Shown piece by piece: positions 19,014 through 28,677 of a stretch of 64,000 bases of DNA. The position numbers were made by a program, and so were the translations under genes. Under the pieces are notes generated by a model, which worked only from the letters and a program-made list of their open reading frames with translations, ran no database searches and was not told the origin of the DNA. Origin of the DNA: Escherichia phage vB_EcoS_FFH_1; sequence record KJ190157, one strand, 5' to 3'. The stretch's first letter is position 1, and each line of letters opens with the position of its first letter.

Positions 19014-19304
19014 TTAATCCTCTGGATTATCATCCAGGAAATTTTTAATAGCTTCGTGCATAGTTTCTTTACGAAGCTGACGTCCAATCAAAATATGATT
19101 AGCTTCTACTCGACCATTAGGTAAGCGATCCGCTAGAACTACTACAGGAACTTGGCGTACGCCAAATTTCTGCATTAATTCTGTATTATCAGTCTCTTTA
19201 TGGACTTCCAAATTATACTCATTGACTACTTTATCAAATACTGGCTCAAACATTTTGCAAGGATTGCAAGTAGAACCTTTCAATAGATATACTAATTTAC
19301 TCAT
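19014..19304 (-). CDS. thioredoxin/glutaredoxin-like protein
   Basis: 96 aa; CNPC redox motif near N-terminus. Confidence 0.55.
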   Translation of the reverse strand: MSKLVYLLKGSTCNPCKMFEPVFDKVVNEYNLEVHKETDNTELMQKFGVRQVPVVVLADRLPNGRVEANHILIGRQLRKETMHEAIKNFLDDNPED

Positions 19305-19728
19305 AATTATTAATGGCCTCTAAGAAGTTTTTCATAGTTTTTACGGTTGCGGTGCTCAGATCAAGATTTACACCCAAACACTCGGTTAATGCTTCCTGAT
19401 AAGGAGCCTTTAATCTGCCTTCTGGGACTTCTACCTTCTTATATTCTTTATTTTTGACCTTTTTAATCATAGTCTCTAGTACAAGAAGCGGTAATTTAGC
19501 ACCTTCAATATCAGTACCCAAAAGTTCAGTTAAAATTTTATTAAGATCAAGACGAGTTAACTTTTTGCCCTTAGACATAGATGCGCCTACCTTTGTATCA
19601 ATAGATTTTTCCGCTTTCTTTTCGAGCTTTTTGTACTCAGGAGAGTCATGATCACGGAGTGCAATGTTTAGCTCGTAATGTGGTATACGAAAATGTTCCG
19701 CCATTTGAGTGTAGAAACGATCAGACAT
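19297..19728 (-). CDS. hypothetical protein
   Basis: 143 aa. Confidence 0.5.
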   Translation of the reverse strand: MSDRFYTQMAEHFRIPHYELNIALRDHDSPEYKKLEKKAEKSIDTKVGASMSKGKKLTRLDLNKILTELLGTDIEGAKLPLLVLETMIKKVKNKEYKKVEVPEGRLKAPYQEALTECLGVNLDLSTATVKTMKNFLEAINNYE

Positions 19729-19806
19729 AATATATATACCTCTCTTAACTAATTTATGTATATATTATATAATAACTAGGGCTAAAAGTCAACTACTTTT
19801 TTTATC

Positions 19807-20223
19807 TTAATCTACTGCATGTATAAATCTTTTCCTAACTAGATACATAGTTATTGGGTAAATTGAGTACATAAGTATCGGGGAGAAAAGGGTGAAATAC
19901 GCTGTAACTCCCCCAGCTAACATCAAAGGTATTAATGCTAGAGTAAGGGCCATAAGAATCATGCCGAATGAAACAGCCAAAGCTATGGATATAGGATTCT
20001 CTAGTTCCATCCATAACCAACAATATTTCGTATCTCTATGGCAATTGCATTTACAAACGCCGAATGAACCCATAATTATATACTCTAGTCCGTGAATAAC
20101 CTTTATTAATAAGCTATTTCGGGTAGTTAATGCAAGGATAGTAAAGACTATCATTAAAACGAATACTACTAGACTTATTTTCCAGATACCTAGCAGCATC
20201 ATAGTGAATAGTTCTGCAAACAT
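19807..20223 (-). CDS. membrane protein
   Basis: 138 aa, 4 predicted TM helices. Confidence 0.5.
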   Translation of the reverse strand: MFAELFTMMLLGIWKISLVVFVLMIVFTILALTTRNSLLIKVIHGLEYIIMGSFGVCKCNCHRDTKYCWLWMELENPISIALAVSFGMILMALTLALIPLMLAGGVTAYFTLFSPILMYSIYPITMYLVRKRFIHAVD

Positions 20224-20300
20224 GGCTTTCTCCTATCTTCAAAAATTATTAAAGCCCCCTTTGCCTAAAAAGGCGGGAATACCCCCGCCTAAGTTATTAA

Positions 20301-20714
20301 TTAAACTAGTTCGACATGACCGCCATCATAGGTACCACGTTTTATTTCATCGTGATAGTCTCCCGAAGCATTCCAATCAGCACCAAAACGAAGCTTAATG
20401 CCTAGTTCTTTACCAGCTTGTTCAAAAGCCTTTTTAACTGCCCAAAATGCTTCTAAGTCATTCCAATCAATTTTGCCATTAATGTATGGAGCAAAATCAA
20501 GAGCATCCCCAGTAATATGCTTACTTTTACTAGGATCTTTTAAAAATGAAGTACCATTAGCAATATTCTGGGCACTTTGTGCTACTGTACGAATACCCTG
20601 TACGATCGTAAAATCATATGGAGATAATTCTAAAGCTCTACGAGCTACTTTTTGTAGCTCTGGCTTGACGGTAGCTAATTGTTTTTCGCTATTTTTACCA
20701 AATTTAAAACTCAT
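20301..20714 (-). CDS. lys: endolysin, L-alanyl-D-glutamate peptidase (EndoT5-type)
   Basis: 137 aa; sequence matches my recollection of T5 endolysin almost residue for residue; metallopeptidase His/Asp residues (HITGDALDF, GGHVE). Confidence 0.85.
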   Translation of the reverse strand: MSFKFGKNSEKQLATVKPELQKVARRALELSPYDFTIVQGIRTVAQSAQNIANGTSFLKDPSKSKHITGDALDFAPYINGKIDWNDLEAFWAVKKAFEQAGKELGIKLRFGADWNASGDYHDEIKRGTYDGGHVELV

Positions 20715-21367
20715 ATTGATCTACCTAAAGATCTCTGTTGTGGGGAACAGAGCTTTGTTAAATACTCGTTAAATTTCTCAGAATCGGCTGCATCTACAGG
20801 ATTATCTTTCCAAGCAATACCAATATATCCAGCATAGATATTGTTTAGATTGAAATACGGACAAGTGTATATGTAATTAAAAGTAACGTTCTTAAACGCA
20901 GGTATATTTAACCCCATGTATTTATTTACTTTTACACTTAAATCCGATGCGTAGTTAAAGCCGTCTAAGTGACGTCTATATAGCTCAGACGTCTTATTTA
21001 CCGCTTTATCGGCCAAGTCAGCCCTATCTAATTGCGCATTGCTTTCCCATGCAATAATGTTAGAATAATCATTAATGGCATCGGGTTTATACTTGACTAC
21101 AAAAACAGCATCCGCACCCGTTTGGGAAAAAAGCACCATGCTCTTTTCTCTAGCTACGTTAGGAAAATTACTTATCCTTTGAGTTTGAACATCCTGTAGA
21201 ACCGCAGACGTGGAGAAAGTCTTTAAGAATGACATCACCTCACTAGTATTACTAACAAATAAGAAAATAATGACAGCAACTAAGATAGTTAGCAGACGTT
21301 TAAGAAGCGATGCTGGATCTTTCGCTTCTTGGAGCAGTACCGTTAATAATTGTAAGAACTTTTCCAA
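20711..21367 (-). CDS. hol: holin
   Basis: 218 aa, N-terminal TM, immediately upstream of endolysin with start/stop overlap. Confidence 0.6.
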   Translation of the reverse strand: MEKFLQLLTVLLQEAKDPASLLKRLLTILVAVIIFLFVSNTSEVMSFLKTFSTSAVLQDVQTQRISNFPNVAREKSMVLFSQTGADAVFVVKYKPDAINDYSNIIAWESNAQLDRADLADKAVNKTSELYRRHLDGFNYASDLSVKVNKYMGLNIPAFKNVTFNYIYTCPYFNLNNIYAGYIGIAWKDNPVDAADSEKFNEYLTKLCSPQQRSLGRSI

Positions 21368-21490
21368 TTGTAACCTCCTCTAACCAGTACCATTATACTA
21401 ATTTTGGAGGAAAATTACAATGTGTTTTTAAAGATCACTTCTGGAGCATAAAATTTTGTCGTTGTCAAGAAGAATTTTAGATAAAAGAAA

Positions 21491-21515
21491 AGCCAGGGTC
21501 GTTAAACCCTGGCTT
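21491..21515 (-). terminator. rho-independent terminator after ClpP-like gene
   Basis: AGCCAGGG...CCCTGGCT. Confidence 0.65.
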
Positions 21516-21523
21516 AAAATTAC

Positions 21524-22120
21524 TTACTCTTCATTATGCTCCTCGGATTGAGGTAACTGGGCTTTATTATATTGCTCAGATCGATATTTTGCCAAGATTT
21601 CAATACGCTTATGGATTTCTTTGCTATCTAGGTAGATATTTTTGTTGTCTTTTACCATCTCGTCGATTTCGTCTATTGAGAAGAACGGATAGTAGACATC
21701 TAGCATCATATCTTCTACGAACTTGTTGTAAGATTCATAGGCTTTCTTAATTTCTTGACCCTTCTCACAGAATCCGCCAGAGAACGTGTGTCCCATTAGC
21801 GTAGCATGTGGATGTACTACCCATCCATGACAGGATAGGAAAATTGTGCAGTAAGCAGAAGCACTAGGACCAATCAGGTGTCCTATAACTGTTCCACGGC
21901 AATTAGCAATTAAGTTAGATAACTGTGCAGCAGTATCAACATAACCACCCGGACCATTAATCATCAGATTAATTTCGTCGTCCTCATTTGCCTGCATAAG
22001 TACCATTGATAAATCACGGTATTCATCCGGCGGGCCTAACTCTTCATCAAAGAAAAAGGTATACTCGTTAGATTGGCGAATGGAGTGAAACAGATTAGTC
22101 TTTTCTTTTTTATTAGCCAT
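21524..22120 (-). CDS. ClpP-like protease
   Basis: 198 aa; GPSASAYC serine motif and His region resembling ClpP. Confidence 0.65.
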   Translation of the reverse strand: MANKKEKTNLFHSIRQSNEYTFFFDEELGPPDEYRDLSMVLMQANEDDEINLMINGPGGYVDTAAQLSNLIANCRGTVIGHLIGPSASAYCTIFLSCHGWVVHPHATLMGHTFSGGFCEKGQEIKKAYESYNKFVEDMMLDVYYPFFSIDEIDEMVKDNKNIYLDSKEIHKRIEILAKYRSEQYNKAQLPQSEEHNEE

Positions 22121-22132
22121 AGCGATCCTTGA

Positions 22133-22885
22133 TTATCCAACTAGTGGTTCTAGCTCTAAGTCACAGAAGTTATAAACTTCTAGTTTAAGGTTATTGATAC
22201 CATCGAATTTATTAACTAATTCGTGAGTAATATATTTTGCAGGAATACCACTTTCAGATGGATGATCTGATTTAATAGTGAACTTCTGCTCAGCGGGTAC
22301 TACATTTACTATCAAAGAATCCATATCTAAATGGTTTGTTTCTCTGAGTAACTCTCCTTCATTGGGGAATCTAACATCTGTTATTATGGCGACATCTGGG
22401 TCGTCTTTAGCGATGGATTGCTCCAGAATTATGAGCCAAATGCGTTCATGCACCAGCTGCCTTCCTAGCTCTGTCCCTACGAGCTGTAACATTTTTCTCG
22501 GAGAAATAAATAAACTATAAAGTCCGTCTTCTTTATTCTCTGAGATAAGTTGTTGAGGATTAAGATATTTTTCCTCAAAAATAGGCCAAACGTACGAGAA
22601 GTCTTCAAACTTATCGATACCGTACTTAAACCACACATCTCTGGCTCGCTCCAGTTGAGATTGTGTGACCGTAAACCATTGGTCAATCTCTTTTCCCCTG
22701 CGCTCTCCTAAAAACTCTGGAGTTACACCGAGGATTACGGATGCAAGTTCATAAACGGGCTTAGCAAAACTATAACGACGGGATAAACACGTTGGATACG
22801 TGTCATTACACCAATCGATAATTAATTTTGCAACGGTATCTTTTCCCGAACCAGCTTCACCATGTAAACCGACTAATACTGACAT
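22133..22885 (-). CDS. dnk: deoxynucleoside monophosphate kinase
   Basis: 250 aa; P-loop GEAGSGKDT. Confidence 0.7.
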   Translation of the reverse strand: MSVLVGLHGEAGSGKDTVAKLIIDWCNDTYPTCLSRRYSFAKPVYELASVILGVTPEFLGERRGKEIDQWFTVTQSQLERARDVWFKYGIDKFEDFSYVWPIFEEKYLNPQQLISENKEDGLYSLFISPRKMLQLVGTELGRQLVHERIWLIILEQSIAKDDPDVAIITDVRFPNEGELLRETNHLDMDSLIVNVVPAEQKFTIKSDHPSESGIPAKYITHELVNKFDGINNLKLEVYNFCDLELEPLVG

Positions 22886-23238
22886 TAATCTTTCCTATTG
22901 TTAATTGGTGGATAGTAAACTAAGCAACGTTTTTCTTGTAAATCTTGGCGATAGAAGCAAACCATACCAGTCAGTCGTGAAATGTAAGAGTAAACTGCTT
23001 CCTCACATTTTGCTTTTGCATTCCAATCTTTATATGGTACAACAACTACTACGCCATCTTCTCCATTTGTAGCTAATTTCTTTTCAAACTTAAAGTCAAA
23101 GCTACAAGGTTGAAGTTCTTTAGGCCAGTCTACATGAGCTTGCTTTAACTCATGAGATGGCTCTGGTTTTATTTCTTCTGCACAGCCTGTGATTGTGATT
23201 GTGGCTGCGAGCAGTACTCCAAGTTTCCAGTTAAACAC
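22885..23238 (-). CDS. lipoprotein (o-spanin candidate)
   Basis: 117 aa; signal peptide with lipobox ITGC; starts inside the 3' end of the upstream TM/coiled-coil gene. Confidence 0.45.
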   Translation of the reverse strand: MFNWKLGVLLAATITITGCAEEIKPEPSHELKQAHVDWPKELQPCSFDFKFEKKLATNGEDGVVVVVPYKDWNAKAKCEEAVYSYISRLTGMVCFYRQDLQEKRCLVYYPPINNRKD

Positions 23239-23618
23239 GCTAATCTTTCCTCGAACTCTTTATTCTGCTTTTTAGCAATTAATGTAACCAATCCAGGCTT
23301 TGCAGCGATAACATCTTGGCGACTAAGAGCTTTATCTAGCTGCTTAATCTTTTTGTCTAGATCTGCTTGAGATACATTATTCAGTGTAAAATATTGATTC
23401 ATTCGAGTCTCCCGAAGTTCGCTCTCAGCTTTCACCTTATTAAGGGAAGTCTCTAGAGAAGAAATCTTTTTAGTAGCTACCGCAAGATCTCCCGCTAAAG
23501 TCTCCACTTTATCTACTAAGTGATAAGTACCGAATCCGATGCCTATCGCTAGACCTGCTCCCAGGATATACCACTTACCGTGCCATATTCCTGAAAGAAG
23601 TTTTTGTATCAAATCCAT
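23169..23618 (-). CDS. TM plus coiled-coil protein (i-spanin candidate)
   Basis: 149 aa; N-terminal TM, long coiled coil. Confidence 0.45.
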   Translation of the reverse strand: MDLIQKLLSGIWHGKWYILGAGLAIGIGFGTYHLVDKVETLAGDLAVATKKISSLETSLNKVKAESELRETRMNQYFTLNNVSQADLDKKIKQLDKALSRQDVIAAKPGLVTLIAKKQNKEFEERLACLTGNLEYCSQPQSQSQAVQKK

Positions 23619-24273
23619 GTGCTGCTAACCTGTCTTTATCTGATACTTTAATCATATCAGGCTCACCAGTTCCTAGTACACCGAAGATATACTGTTCGAG
23701 AACTTGGTGTAAACGGTATAAGTTACTTTCAATTTCCTGCCACGGAATACCTGACTGATGGAAACGAATGTTAGTCTGAATCACGAAGTTACGAACATCA
23801 TCGTTATCGTTCTTTTTAATACCTTTCACATATGCAATCGGTACACGCAGTTCGGATAAGATACGTTCTGCTTTAGGTTTTGCTTCAGCGAGCAGATCAC
23901 GCATTGTTTCACGAACATCTCCACGACTCTTATCCATTAAGTAAGAGCGAGCATGTAATCCCATCTCTTCCATTTTATCAAACATAGTGTCGAGATTAAA
24001 CGTTTTGAAGCTAAATGCTGGATGCCAGCAGTACAGCTCGTGTAACCAGTAAACTTCACCTGCAACAAACAGTGGGTTTACAAAGTATTCGAAGTCGCCA
24101 CGGAAAGATAGTGAACCATCCCGAAATACTTGGCGAGTATGCACAATGTTCTTTTCTGCATCATCAGTTACCTTAACCAGTAGCTCTTCAGTTTTACGCT
24201 CCCAAACACGATCGGGGTCGAACAAACTGTTCTGCAAATCATACACATCGGCGAACTTAGAAATAATCCTCAT
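23575..24273 (-). CDS. hypothetical protein
   Basis: 232 aa; canonical promoter at 24305-24333. Confidence 0.55.
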   Translation of the reverse strand: MRIISKFADVYDLQNSLFDPDRVWERKTEELLVKVTDDAEKNIVHTRQVFRDGSLSFRGDFEYFVNPLFVAGEVYWLHELYCWHPAFSFKTFNLDTMFDKMEEMGLHARSYLMDKSRGDVRETMRDLLAEAKPKAERILSELRVPIAYVKGIKKNDNDDVRNFVIQTNIRFHQSGIPWQEIESNLYRLHQVLEQYIFGVLGTGEPDMIKVSDKDRLAAHGFDTKTSFRNMAR

Positions 24274-24304
24274 ATTTAATCCTCTTGCCTCAATCTATAA
24301 ACAT

Positions 24305-24333
24305 ATTATACAAAAGTTTGGGCATCTAAGCAA
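24305..24333 (-). promoter_or_regulatory. T5-type early sigma70 promoter
   Basis: TTGCTT, 17 bp, TATAAT. Confidence 0.7.
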
Positions 24334-24427
24334 CTAAAATTTTATTATAAAAATAGCCCAGTCGCAAAAGTGCGTGCTGGGCTTTGTCATTATTTGCTTT
24401 TGCTAGTAAGTTGACTTAGTGTCAATC

Positions 24428-24808
24428 TTATGTAATATTAGTTTCTCTAGCTTTGCGTAGTACCCCTGCATTTCTCCATAACTTAATATCGTCTACTGTT
24501 TCTTTATAAGGAGCTATGGTAAAACCTAGTGGGCCAGCACTAAATAACCCTAAGAATCCTATTGCACGCATATAGAACAAGCATTCTTCGCCTGTCATTT
24601 CTTCAACTGCTTTTCTTTGTTTTTCGTTTTCAAACTCGTGCTCCTTGTTATCTATACGAAGGTGTTTAATGAACCATTCAGCAGAATATTCATCTAAGTG
24701 TCTAAGTATAGCTACTGCATACCCAGCGCCAATTAAAAACCAAGTGGTAACAAGAATTAGTATTATAGTCATATAATCTCCAGTTAAGGTCAGCGACCAA
24801 CTCACCAC
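24428..24808 (-). CDS. membrane protein
   Basis: 126 aa. Confidence 0.5.
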   Translation of the reverse strand: MVSWSLTLTGDYMTIILILVTTWFLIGAGYAVAILRHLDEYSAEWFIKHLRIDNKEHEFENEKQRKAVEEMTGEECLFYMRAIGFLGLFSAGPLGFTIAPYKETVDDIKLWRNAGVLRKARETNIT

Positions 24809-24882
24809 TTACCGCACTAAGGGGCACGACTCCCTTATCCGTAACAGTTGCAGGTGACGCAACTCGGTCCTACGCGAGTTCT

Positions 24883-25167
24883 TTAGGTATTCTGCATTTC
24901 AGCTTTAAATTTTTTCATATTACGAGTCTTTCTATAAAAGAAAAACACAGATGTTGGGCCTAGAAGAATATCCACAATAAATATCATAGATCTAGCACAT
25001 CTGAGTAATGTTTTATCATCAAGAGGAGGCAGATCTAACGGTCGAGTTTTATGTATAACGTATAATATTACATCTTTATTCTTAGAAATATACAGATCAT
25101 CAACCAAGCTGTAAATAGCTACTATAGATCCAATGACGAACCAAAGAGCAAATGGAGAGATAATCAT
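24883..25167 (-). CDS. membrane protein
   Basis: 94 aa. Confidence 0.45.
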   Translation of the reverse strand: MIISPFALWFVIGSIVAIYSLVDDLYISKNKDVILYVIHKTRPLDLPPLDDKTLLRCARSMIFIVDILLGPTSVFFFYRKTRNMKKFKAEMQNT

Positions 25168-25460
25168 TTCAGATCCTTTTCATTAATTAGAATATTAGTA
25201 AACAGTGGAATAACCCCTAGACTCATAGCAGGTCCAAACGTATTCATAGCTACCCACAGCTGCATAGTGATCATCCCATCTTTAATCTCTGGATCTTTAT
25301 ATTCTTCGATACGTTTTTTGGCAAAGGCAACTACATCTGGATTATTTTTATTTTCCTGAATATAGTCATGCCAAAACTGGGTATTCTCACTACGTAGGAA
25401 TGTTAAAACATCCTTAGTTGCTGGAATCTGCACTGTGCTATTGATGTTTAGCTTTTTCAC
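25164..25460 (-). CDS. hypothetical protein
   Basis: 98 aa. Confidence 0.5.
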   Translation of the reverse strand: MKKLNINSTVQIPATKDVLTFLRSENTQFWHDYIQENKNNPDVVAFAKKRIEEYKDPEIKDGMITMQLWVAMNTFGPAMSLGVIPLFTNILINEKDLK

Positions 25461-25857
25461 GCTCTTCTCTCCGACGTTTGCATTCTTTCATCATATGAGC
25501 TGCTACAACTTCATGGTAGTAGTCATTAATGTTACCTTCTGGCAAGAAATGCTTAATAGTCTCTAGCTGACAAATAACTCGATGAAGATGGTTATTTGGT
25601 AGACACAATTTTATACCTGCAACAAATCCAGAGAAGCCTGGAACACTGAACATGGGTTGGGCTTCCACTCTACCTTCAGAGTTGATATTAAGATCAATTG
25701 AGATACCCATTTTCATGCTATAAAGCTGGCAATATTCTCCATTACCAGATCTTGACCAAACAGTGAAATCCTCATCAATTTGATCTTGGATTTCTGTAAT
25801 TGCAAATTTAATTCTAGGGTCTAAATTATTCATCTTCACCTTCAAAGTCGCAATCAT
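25438..25857 (-). CDS. hypothetical protein
   Basis: 139 aa. Confidence 0.5.
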   Translation of the reverse strand: MIATLKVKMNNLDPRIKFAITEIQDQIDEDFTVWSRSGNGEYCQLYSMKMGISIDLNINSEGRVEAQPMFSVPGFSGFVAGIKLCLPNNHLHRVICQLETIKHFLPEGNINDYYHEVVAAHMMKECKRRREEREKAKHQ

Positions 25858-26131
25858 AACGACAAGTAAAAGAACTGGAGCTATTAGTACGTTGAGTGGT
25901 TATTTCACCGCGTTTGCTAAGAGTAACGGCTGGAGTAGAGAAGTTTTTATTAGTATATATTTCTACTTTACCATTACGTTCCTTAACATCACGAACTTTA
26001 CCATACTCGGTAATAATGCCGTTCTGTTGGACTTTAACATTACCATTTTTCATAGAAACTTTGGTAGATGCCAGAGAACCGAAACTAACTGTGGAGATCA
26101 TCAGTGCAATAATAAACTTATTCATCTTCAT
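25826..26131 (-). CDS. secreted small protein
   Basis: start moved to MKMNKF after GGAGG RBS (table ORF 25826..26212); signal peptide. Confidence 0.45.
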   Translation of the reverse strand: MKMNKFIIALMISTVSFGSLASTKVSMKNGNVKVQQNGIITEYGKVRDVKERNGKVEIYTNKNFSTPAVTLSKRGEITTQRTNSSSSFTCRYDCDFEGEDE

Positions 26132-26399
26132 CCTCCCCACTACAATCACGACATACATCATAATCGTTGAAAGAACGTTCGTGAGCTTCACACCACCAAG
26201 AACAAGAATCACAGAGAAACATTTCGGTTTTCTCTAGTGCTTGACCTAAAAGATCATCAGCTTCCTCAGCAGTAATCTTCAATCCGCACACATCTGCCAC
26301 ACGTTCTTTAATTAAACGACCTGCTTCGTGATAAGACATACAGGTTCCCACAACATCATGTTCAAGAACATGAACAGCACAGTCTAGACGAGTTTTCAT
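26118..26399 (-). CDS. Cys-rich hypothetical protein
   Basis: 93 aa; CDSCSWWC...CRDCSGEDEDE; promoter at 26430-26458. Confidence 0.5.
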   Translation of the reverse strand: MKTRLDCAVHVLEHDVVGTCMSYHEAGRLIKERVADVCGLKITAEEADDLLGQALEKTEMFLCDSCSWWCEAHERSFNDYDVCRDCSGEDEDE

Positions 26400-26429
26400 T
26401 TCAAACCTCTCTCATCAATTTATAAATAT

Positions 26430-26458
26430 ATTATAGCAAGAAAATAGAGGTTTAGCAA
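26430..26458 (-). promoter_or_regulatory. T5-type early sigma70 promoter
   Basis: TTGCTA, 17 bp, TATAAT. Confidence 0.7.
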
Positions 26459-26475
26459 ATGAATTATTTCAGAAT

Positions 26476-26823
26476 TTAGTCATAGCACCACCATAACCCA
26501 CGCTTACGCATGTCATGATCGCGATTATAATCATAATTTTCTGGATCTTTCATCACGCGGTGGAGTTCTTGACGATTCCCTTGACGAACCATTTTATTAG
26601 AATGCCACTTAACATTCTTACTAATAGAATTCCAGTTATAACCATCCTTTTTCTCATTACGAATGGTTGCTTCCTTCATTTCCTGTTCTACATCATCCCA
26701 GGATTTAGCATAAATAACACGAATCCAGTAGCCATTTTCTTTGATGAAAGAATATTCTTGAGAGAATTGTTCTTTAGACTTCCACCACTGATCACCAGAT
26801 TGTTTACGATAAGTACGGCTCAT
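26476..26823 (-). CDS. hypothetical protein
   Basis: 115 aa, Trp/Lys-rich. Confidence 0.5.
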   Translation of the reverse strand: MSRTYRKQSGDQWWKSKEQFSQEYSFIKENGYWIRVIYAKSWDDVEQEMKEATIRNEKKDGYNWNSISKNVKWHSNKMVRQGNRQELHRVMKDPENYDYNRDHDMRKRGLWWCYD

Positions 26824-26944
26824 ATTACCTCCATTAAGTCTTTTAAATTAACCTAATGTGGATGAATTTTGTTATACATATATTATGTACCTTTATACAG
26901 AAAAACCCCAGACTACTTATTCAATAGCTGGGGTTTGTTATTAA

Positions 26945-27259
26945 TTACAGATCGGGGCGTTCATCTTCGAAACAGCCTGAGCTAATTCCTTCTCCGAATC
27001 CTACAAAGCCATCAAATTCATCATTTGAGATGCCCATAATCATTGCTTCCATTTTCCTAATCTCCGAAATTTTCATGCCTGCTTTACTATTCTTATAATA
27101 TTTGCGAGGGTTCCCGCACATCCAACAAGAACAGATGCAAGGAGTAGTAGTGATAATACCTAACCGCTTAGGGCTTTCTTCATGTGGGAAGACTGTCCAA
27201 TACTTCTTGCGGTTGTTCTTCACACGTTGCCGGTGATGGCGTCTTAATGCTCGATCCAC
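26945..27259 (-). CDS. hypothetical protein
   Basis: 104 aa; basic N-terminus, Cys cluster. Confidence 0.5.
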   Translation of the reverse strand: MDRALRRHHRQRVKNNRKKYWTVFPHEESPKRLGIITTTPCICSCWMCGNPRKYYKNSKAGMKISEIRKMEAMIMGISNDEFDGFVGFGEGISSGCFEDERPDL

Positions 27260-27340
27260 ACATTTCTCCTAAAACTTGGGAGATAAACGGAGTTTGCTCG
27301 ACTACCTTGCGTAGCTGGGAGAAATCGTATCCAAACCCCA

Positions 27341-27709
27341 TTACATCGCCTGAGTAAATGTACGACTAATAACGTCGTTCTGTTGTTCACGAGTCAGTGC
27401 ATTAAATCGAACAGCGTAGCCAGAGACACGGATGGTCAACTGAGGATATTTTTCAGGATGTTTCTGCGCATCCAAAAGCTGATCACGGCTTAACACATTG
27501 ACATTTAGGTGCTGACCACCTTCGATTTGAGGGGCGACTTCCACCTTAACTTCACGGAAGGCTTCGGGATCGAATTGTGGTGTGATACCTTCTAGATCTT
27601 CAACTAGAACTTTCTGTTTAAGTTCACCATTGTCGGAGTATAGCTGAATAATCTGATTTTCATGAACAAGGTTAATTACGCCAGACTTAAGATTTTGATA
27701 TGCTTTCAT
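27341..27709 (-). CDS. grcA: autonomous glycyl-radical cofactor (GrcA/YfiD-like)
   Basis: 122 aa; C-terminal [10 protein letters not shown]...[20 protein letters not shown] is near-identical to the E. coli GrcA glycyl-radical domain as I recall it. Confidence 0.75.
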   Translation of the reverse strand: MKAYQNLKSGVINLVHENQIIQLYSDNGELKQKVLVEDLEGITPQFDPEAFREVKVEVAPQIEGGQHLNVNVLSRDQLLDAQKHPEKYPQLTIRVSGYAVRFNALTREQQNDVISRTFTQAM

Positions 27710-27751
27710 TAGATCTCCCTGATGTTAGAATTTGGCTCAGCTCTTTATTGT

Positions 27752-27946
27752 CTATAGTTTACCACGATATACAGAAACTGTCTTACCAGTTTGGTTCATA
27801 ACGTATGCTACTTCATCTTCTTTTAAGAAGATTGCTTGATCTATTCCAGAAATAGCTATGCTTTTATTTCTGGGATTAAACCCTACGCTTTTACCAACAT
27901 GAATCTGCTCACCACCATCAGTGGACATTATTTTAACTGTTAACAT
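27752..27946 (-). CDS. hypothetical protein
   Basis: 64 aa. Confidence 0.45.
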   Translation of the reverse strand: MLTVKIMSTDGGEQIHVGKSVGFNPRNKSIAISGIDQAIFLKEDEVAYVMNQTGKTVSVYRGKL

Positions 27947-27983
27947 AATTGCTCCTATATTTAGCTATCTCTAGCTCTTTTAA

Positions 27984-28059
27984 TGGTAGTTAGTAGTGGA
28001 TTTGAACCACTGTAGTCGCTCCGTATGAAGGAGGTGCATAACCACTCTGCCAACTAACT
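27984..28059 (-). tRNA. tRNA-Met(CAU) (or Ile2/fMet)
   Basis: hand-traced cloverleaf; T-arm AGTGG-ATTTGAA-CCACT; anticodon loop on plus strand GTATGAA; CCA encoded. Confidence 0.65.
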
Positions 28060-28155
28060 GTTATGTTTTACTAGACTAAGTAAGTATTCTTTATACTCTT
28101 TAGACCAATTAGCTTTTTTAAACTTTCCTGGACGCATAGTCTTAATTCCTAGATT

Positions 28156-28232
28156 TGGTACTCCGGGAGGGATTTAAACCCCCGATCTCTCGGTTATCAG
28201 CCGAGTGCTTTAGATCGCTAAGCTACCGAAGT
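28156..28232 (-). tRNA. tRNA-Ile(GAU)
   Basis: perfect anticodon stem CTCGG/CCGAG, loop TTATCAG. Confidence 0.7.
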
Positions 28233-28247
28233 ATTAGAATATTTACA

Positions 28248-28538
28248 TCATACACTGTCTAAGTAAGAAGTATAATGGAATTTAGCTTCTCCAGTCTTAT
28301 CTACTTCTACCTCAGTTCGTGGTACTTGACGAACCACACCATGAATCATCTTATAGCGAATGCCTTTAGCTGGTTCATGATCTTTTGGGAATACTTGTTT
28401 AACCGTTACTACTTTATATCCTTCACGCGGTGTTAACACTACTACTTGATCACCTTCTTTGATTTTCCAAGAAGATGGAAATTCATAGGTATATCTTTGA
28501 CCACCAGTTTGGAATACTACAGAAAGATAACGTTTCAT
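28248..28538 (-). CDS. hypothetical protein
   Basis: 96 aa; promoter at 28569-28597. Confidence 0.5.
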   Translation of the reverse strand: MKRYLSVVFQTGGQRYTYEFPSSWKIKEGDQVVVLTPREGYKVVTVKQVFPKDHEPAKGIRYKMIHGVVRQVPRTEVEVDKTGEAKFHYTSYLDSV

Positions 28539-28568
28539 TTGGTTTCCCTCTCATTAATTTATATAGAT

Positions 28569-28597
28569 ATTATAACAAGAAATAAGAGAGAAGGCAA
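28569..28597 (-). promoter_or_regulatory. T5-type early sigma70 promoter
   Basis: TTGCCT, 17 bp, TATAAT. Confidence 0.65.
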
Positions 28598-28602
28598 ATG
28601 AA

Positions 28603-28677
28603 TTTTTAAATTTGGTGCTCCCACCAGGAATCGAACCCGGTTCAGATGCTTACAAGGCAACTGCATCGCCAGCAATG
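28603..28677 (-). tRNA. tRNA-Thr(UGU)
   Basis: T-loop AATCGAA, D-stem GCAT/ATGC, loop TTACAAG; one anticodon-stem mismatch. Confidence 0.55.
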
